Of a DNA stretch of 64,000 nucleotides, positions 52,690 to 64,000 are shown in pieces. Every line of letters begins with the position of its first letter. Position 1 is the first letter of the stretch. The stretch spans positions 73,904,001 to 73,968,000 of the forward strand of contig NC_087444.1 of assembly GCF_036321535.1 (NCBI RefSeq). Reading direction: 5' to 3'. The notes under the pieces are model-generated. The model ran no database searches, was not told where the DNA came from, and worked only from the letters and a program-made list of their open reading frames with translations. Source of the DNA: Camelus dromedarius (lineage: Eukaryota). Made by a program: the position numbers and the translations under genes.

Positions 52690-54020
52690 TGTGATCTAGA
52701 ACTGTTTTCCCCATTTCCAGCAAAACATGTGTCCTGGCAATGCTCCATGTTCTAGATTCTTTCTAGATCCTAGAACACTGCCAGTCAGCATCTCTGTTCC
52801 TTCTTCACCCAAAGCATGTTCTAAATTCTAGGTTGGATGCTAAGTTCTCGGCATGGCTTTTCCCAGGTGAATTCAAATATTTAGATAATGCTCCCAAGCT
52901 AAATTCTGATCCCACCCTCTTCTCCTTAGATATGTTCCAATTTTTCAGAGACAGTCTCAAAATTTCTGCTGAAATTTCATTTTGGGTGTGTTCTAGGTTC
53001 CAGCCACATCCTAGGCATTGTTCTAGAGTCCATTCTCTTCTTCCCAGGGGAATTCTAAGTGTTAAAATGTGTGGGTTCTTTGACGGGCTCTACTCTTTTT
53101 CCAAATTGTGCTATCAATTCTAGAATGCATTTTCCTATTTCAGGTTCCATCTGATTCTACAGTCTTAAGTCTCAAGGATTCCCACTGAAGTGTTGTATGT
53201 TACATCTTCCTGCCTCAGGTTTTATGTACTAGGCCCATCCATTCCCACCTTTTCTGTCCTTCTTTTCCCAAGTGTGACCTTCGTTTAGAACTTGTCCCCT
53301 TGCGGACTGTGGGCTTCCTCTATCTGCTACTTCAGCATTCTAAGCATGCTCTAGGCTCTCTCCCCTTCTGGAGTCTTCAGCCTAGAAATGTCCTCATTTC
53401 TAGAACATCTCCCACCTCCACCCCCTTTGCCAGCTCAGTCCTTATGCCAGTAAATTCTCAGTTCCCGGAATGCATCCTTCTGCATCTTCCTCCAGGCAAT
53501 TCTGAGTTCCAGGCAAGCTCCTAACTATTTTCTAGGTTTTCCTTTGCCTCCAGGGCATGTCCTGAATTCTAGGGCATGTATTCTCCCTTCTGAGTTCCAG
53601 CATTACCTAGACACATGATAAAAACTAAGAATGCAACCTTTGCTATAGTCTGTGTTATACCTTAATCCCTGGTAGGTTCTGAGTTCCAGATTATGTCTCC
53701 TGATAGGTTTGTTACACTTTGCATCAGGTATGTTCTTAGGTATCGATATGCTCCTCTCTATTTTTGGGGTTCTGGGGTGACCTAGATACTCCTTTAAGTT
53801 ATTAGACTGCTCTCGGCTGGTCCAAGGTTCCAGACCTAGGTTCTAGATAATGCCTCTCTATTTGGCCCTACATGCAGATCTTACCCCAAGCACATTGTAA
53901 ATGTGGAAAAACATGTCCTTTCTGCACTCTGTACTGTGTCTTCATGCCAGTGGCTTTCTAGATTCTACACCCAGCCTAGCTAAATCTTGTTTCCTTCTCA
54001 GTGAATTTGAAGTTCTAGAG
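52690..54020. repeat. TTCTAG-rich degenerate repeat in PPFIA3 intron 1
   Basis: 12 TTCTAG copies on + between 52750 and 54018. Confidence 0.6.
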
Positions 54021-55343
54021 CAGTCTCTGTAAAACATGCTGTGTTGCACCTTATGAGTAGGTTCTGGGGTTTCAATACCATGTTGGTTTGGGGCCCAAGT
54101 TTTGCTTGCCTGCTTATAAAAATTTTCTCTGAGTGTTGGGGTTCAGGTGTCCAGATTCCCAGTTGCACCTCTACAAAGACCCAAGATGCAGGCACCCAGC
54201 TGCCTCCCCTCCCAAGTCCCAGGGCCCTCAGTCCCCTCCTCTCCTCATAGGAGTCCAAGGTCCCAGTCCCAGGCTTTGGGCATAGTCTGAATATTGGGTG
54301 GGGCTGGGAATTATCTACTCTTAGAACCGGTTATGCCTCTGCCTAAAGGGAGAGAAGGAAAGGAGGGAACAGAGTGAAAGCCCCTCCTGCTTTCAGCTCT
54401 GCCAGCTAGACCCGTCTGACCTGATGTCTGACCTGATGTGTGCTGAAGGGGTGGCTCAGGAGACCGCCCTTTGTCTCTGCCCACAGCTCATGCACCTGGA
54501 CTCCTGGGGCCTGGGGCCCCGGATTTCTGGGTTCTGAGGAAGGAGAAGTCTGAAGGCTGTGATTTCTGGGTCTCAATCTGAAGGTTGAAAGCCCAGACTC
54601 TTGTGTCCTGGGAGGAGGGGGATATGGTCTCTGAGTCCTGGGACTAGGGAGGAGAAGGCTGGAGGCTCAGTCTGGGGGAAGGAAGCGACAGAGAGACCTA
54701 GACTCATGTGACCTGAGGGAAGAGGGAGCTGGATCTCGGGCAGAGTGGGAGATCACTGGACAGGCCCCCACCATTTTTTTTTCCCAACTGGAGTGGGTCT
54801 TTAGATGCTTCTGGAGCTGGGGTCCAGATATCTAGATATCTGGGAAGTTGAAGGAAGCAGGAATCGGGCTGGATAGCATATGAGAACCATCCCTATGACA
54901 TTATATGGCTAACTAGGTACCAGTGACCTAATTTCTGTAACCCTGTTTTGGGGGCATCCTGAAGGCATGGTTCTCACCTGGGCCTGAGTCTTCTCACTCA
55001 GGCAGTTGGTTGAGGGGGATTCTCAGCAGGGCCAGAATAGGTAGACCGATTTTTCCATGTTTGCTCAAGCAATGGGTCACCTGGCTTTGGTTTCTCTGAA
55101 TAGGATGGGCCTAGATTTGCTTGCTGCCAGTGTCTGATGAAGTCTGACCTCAGTTCCTCCAAATGCTCTTAACCAGGTAGCCATGTATGGTTTCCTGAGA
55201 GCAATGAGCTTCACTTTATTCTGTGCCATGGTCGGAATGGATGGGCCTCAGCTTCTTCTGGGCAGTGCTTGGGTTGCCCTGCCCCAGTTTTCACTAAGTA
55301 GTATCCCAGTGACCGTGCCTCGGTTTCCCTTCCTGTGCCTTGA

Positions 55344-63456
<8,113 letters not shown>

Positions 63457-64000
63457 TAAACAGGGCTCCCTAACAACGGTCAGCAATGACTGTCACACCA
63501 GTGGTTTCAAAAGCAACTTTAGCTTCCCTGAAAGTTCCAACTCAAAGGGCAATGGGGAGGCTGAGCCACGGGGTTCCCAAACCCTAACTTGTACTTCAGT
63601 CAGATCGGATCTAATTTTACCTACTTTACACATTAGGTGTCTAAATAGGATTTAAAAAAAACGTTTCTGTAACTAAATATACGTTTGAGAACTACCGTCA
63701 CATCCTGAGAATTGACCTTGGAGGGAGGCACAAGAGCTATACGCCCTATTTAATTGCCTTAAACACAGCTTTCCTACTTTCAGAACCTGTAACACATTAG
63801 CTTTCCTTGAGGTTGAGCAGATCCCACTCCTGACACCAGAAGCTAAGATAATACATATGGACTTGTCAAGCTCCAGGGGGACTGCACTAGTTGCCTTTAT
63901 ATTTCTGCAGCTCACTCCCACTTAATCTGGGCTACTTTCAGGAGTAGTGCCCCAAGTCAGGGACATCCCAGACACCTAGTAGACATCCCAACTAGTGAGG

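Overview
Mammalian genomic DNA syntenic with human 19q13.33. The species is most likely a camelid, inferred from five tRNA-Ala-derived SINEs of the Vic-1 type. Gene order: 3' end of RUVBL2 (+), a single-copy LHB (-), a 5-exon 339-aa Mn-motif microtubule-inner-protein gene (SAXO3-like, -) that the ORF track shows only in fragments, NTF4 (-), KCNA7 (-), a ~7-kb transposon nest, SNRNP70 (+), LIN7B (+), a disabled C19orf73-homologous segment (-), and the 5' ~58% of PPFIA3 (+). I rebuilt exon structures by hand from GT-AG boundaries and reading phase. Six N gaps fall in GC-rich functional sequence; they hide the KCNA7 start codon, nearly all of one PPFIA3 exon, part of NTF4 exon 1 and possibly the SNRNP70 poison exon. 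The most notable observations are: (1) the SAXO3-like gene has an RFX X-box and no poly(A) signal of its own before LHB's, implying a SAXO3-LHB read-through transcript; (2) a chorionic-gonadotropin-type C-terminal peptide is latent in the +1 frame of the LHB 3' end; (3) NTF4 exon 1 is open and in frame with the prepro-NT-4 ORF; (4) the C19orf73-like segment carries start-loss, stop and frameshift disablers. Comparisons with human or horse proteins are from memory, not from a search.
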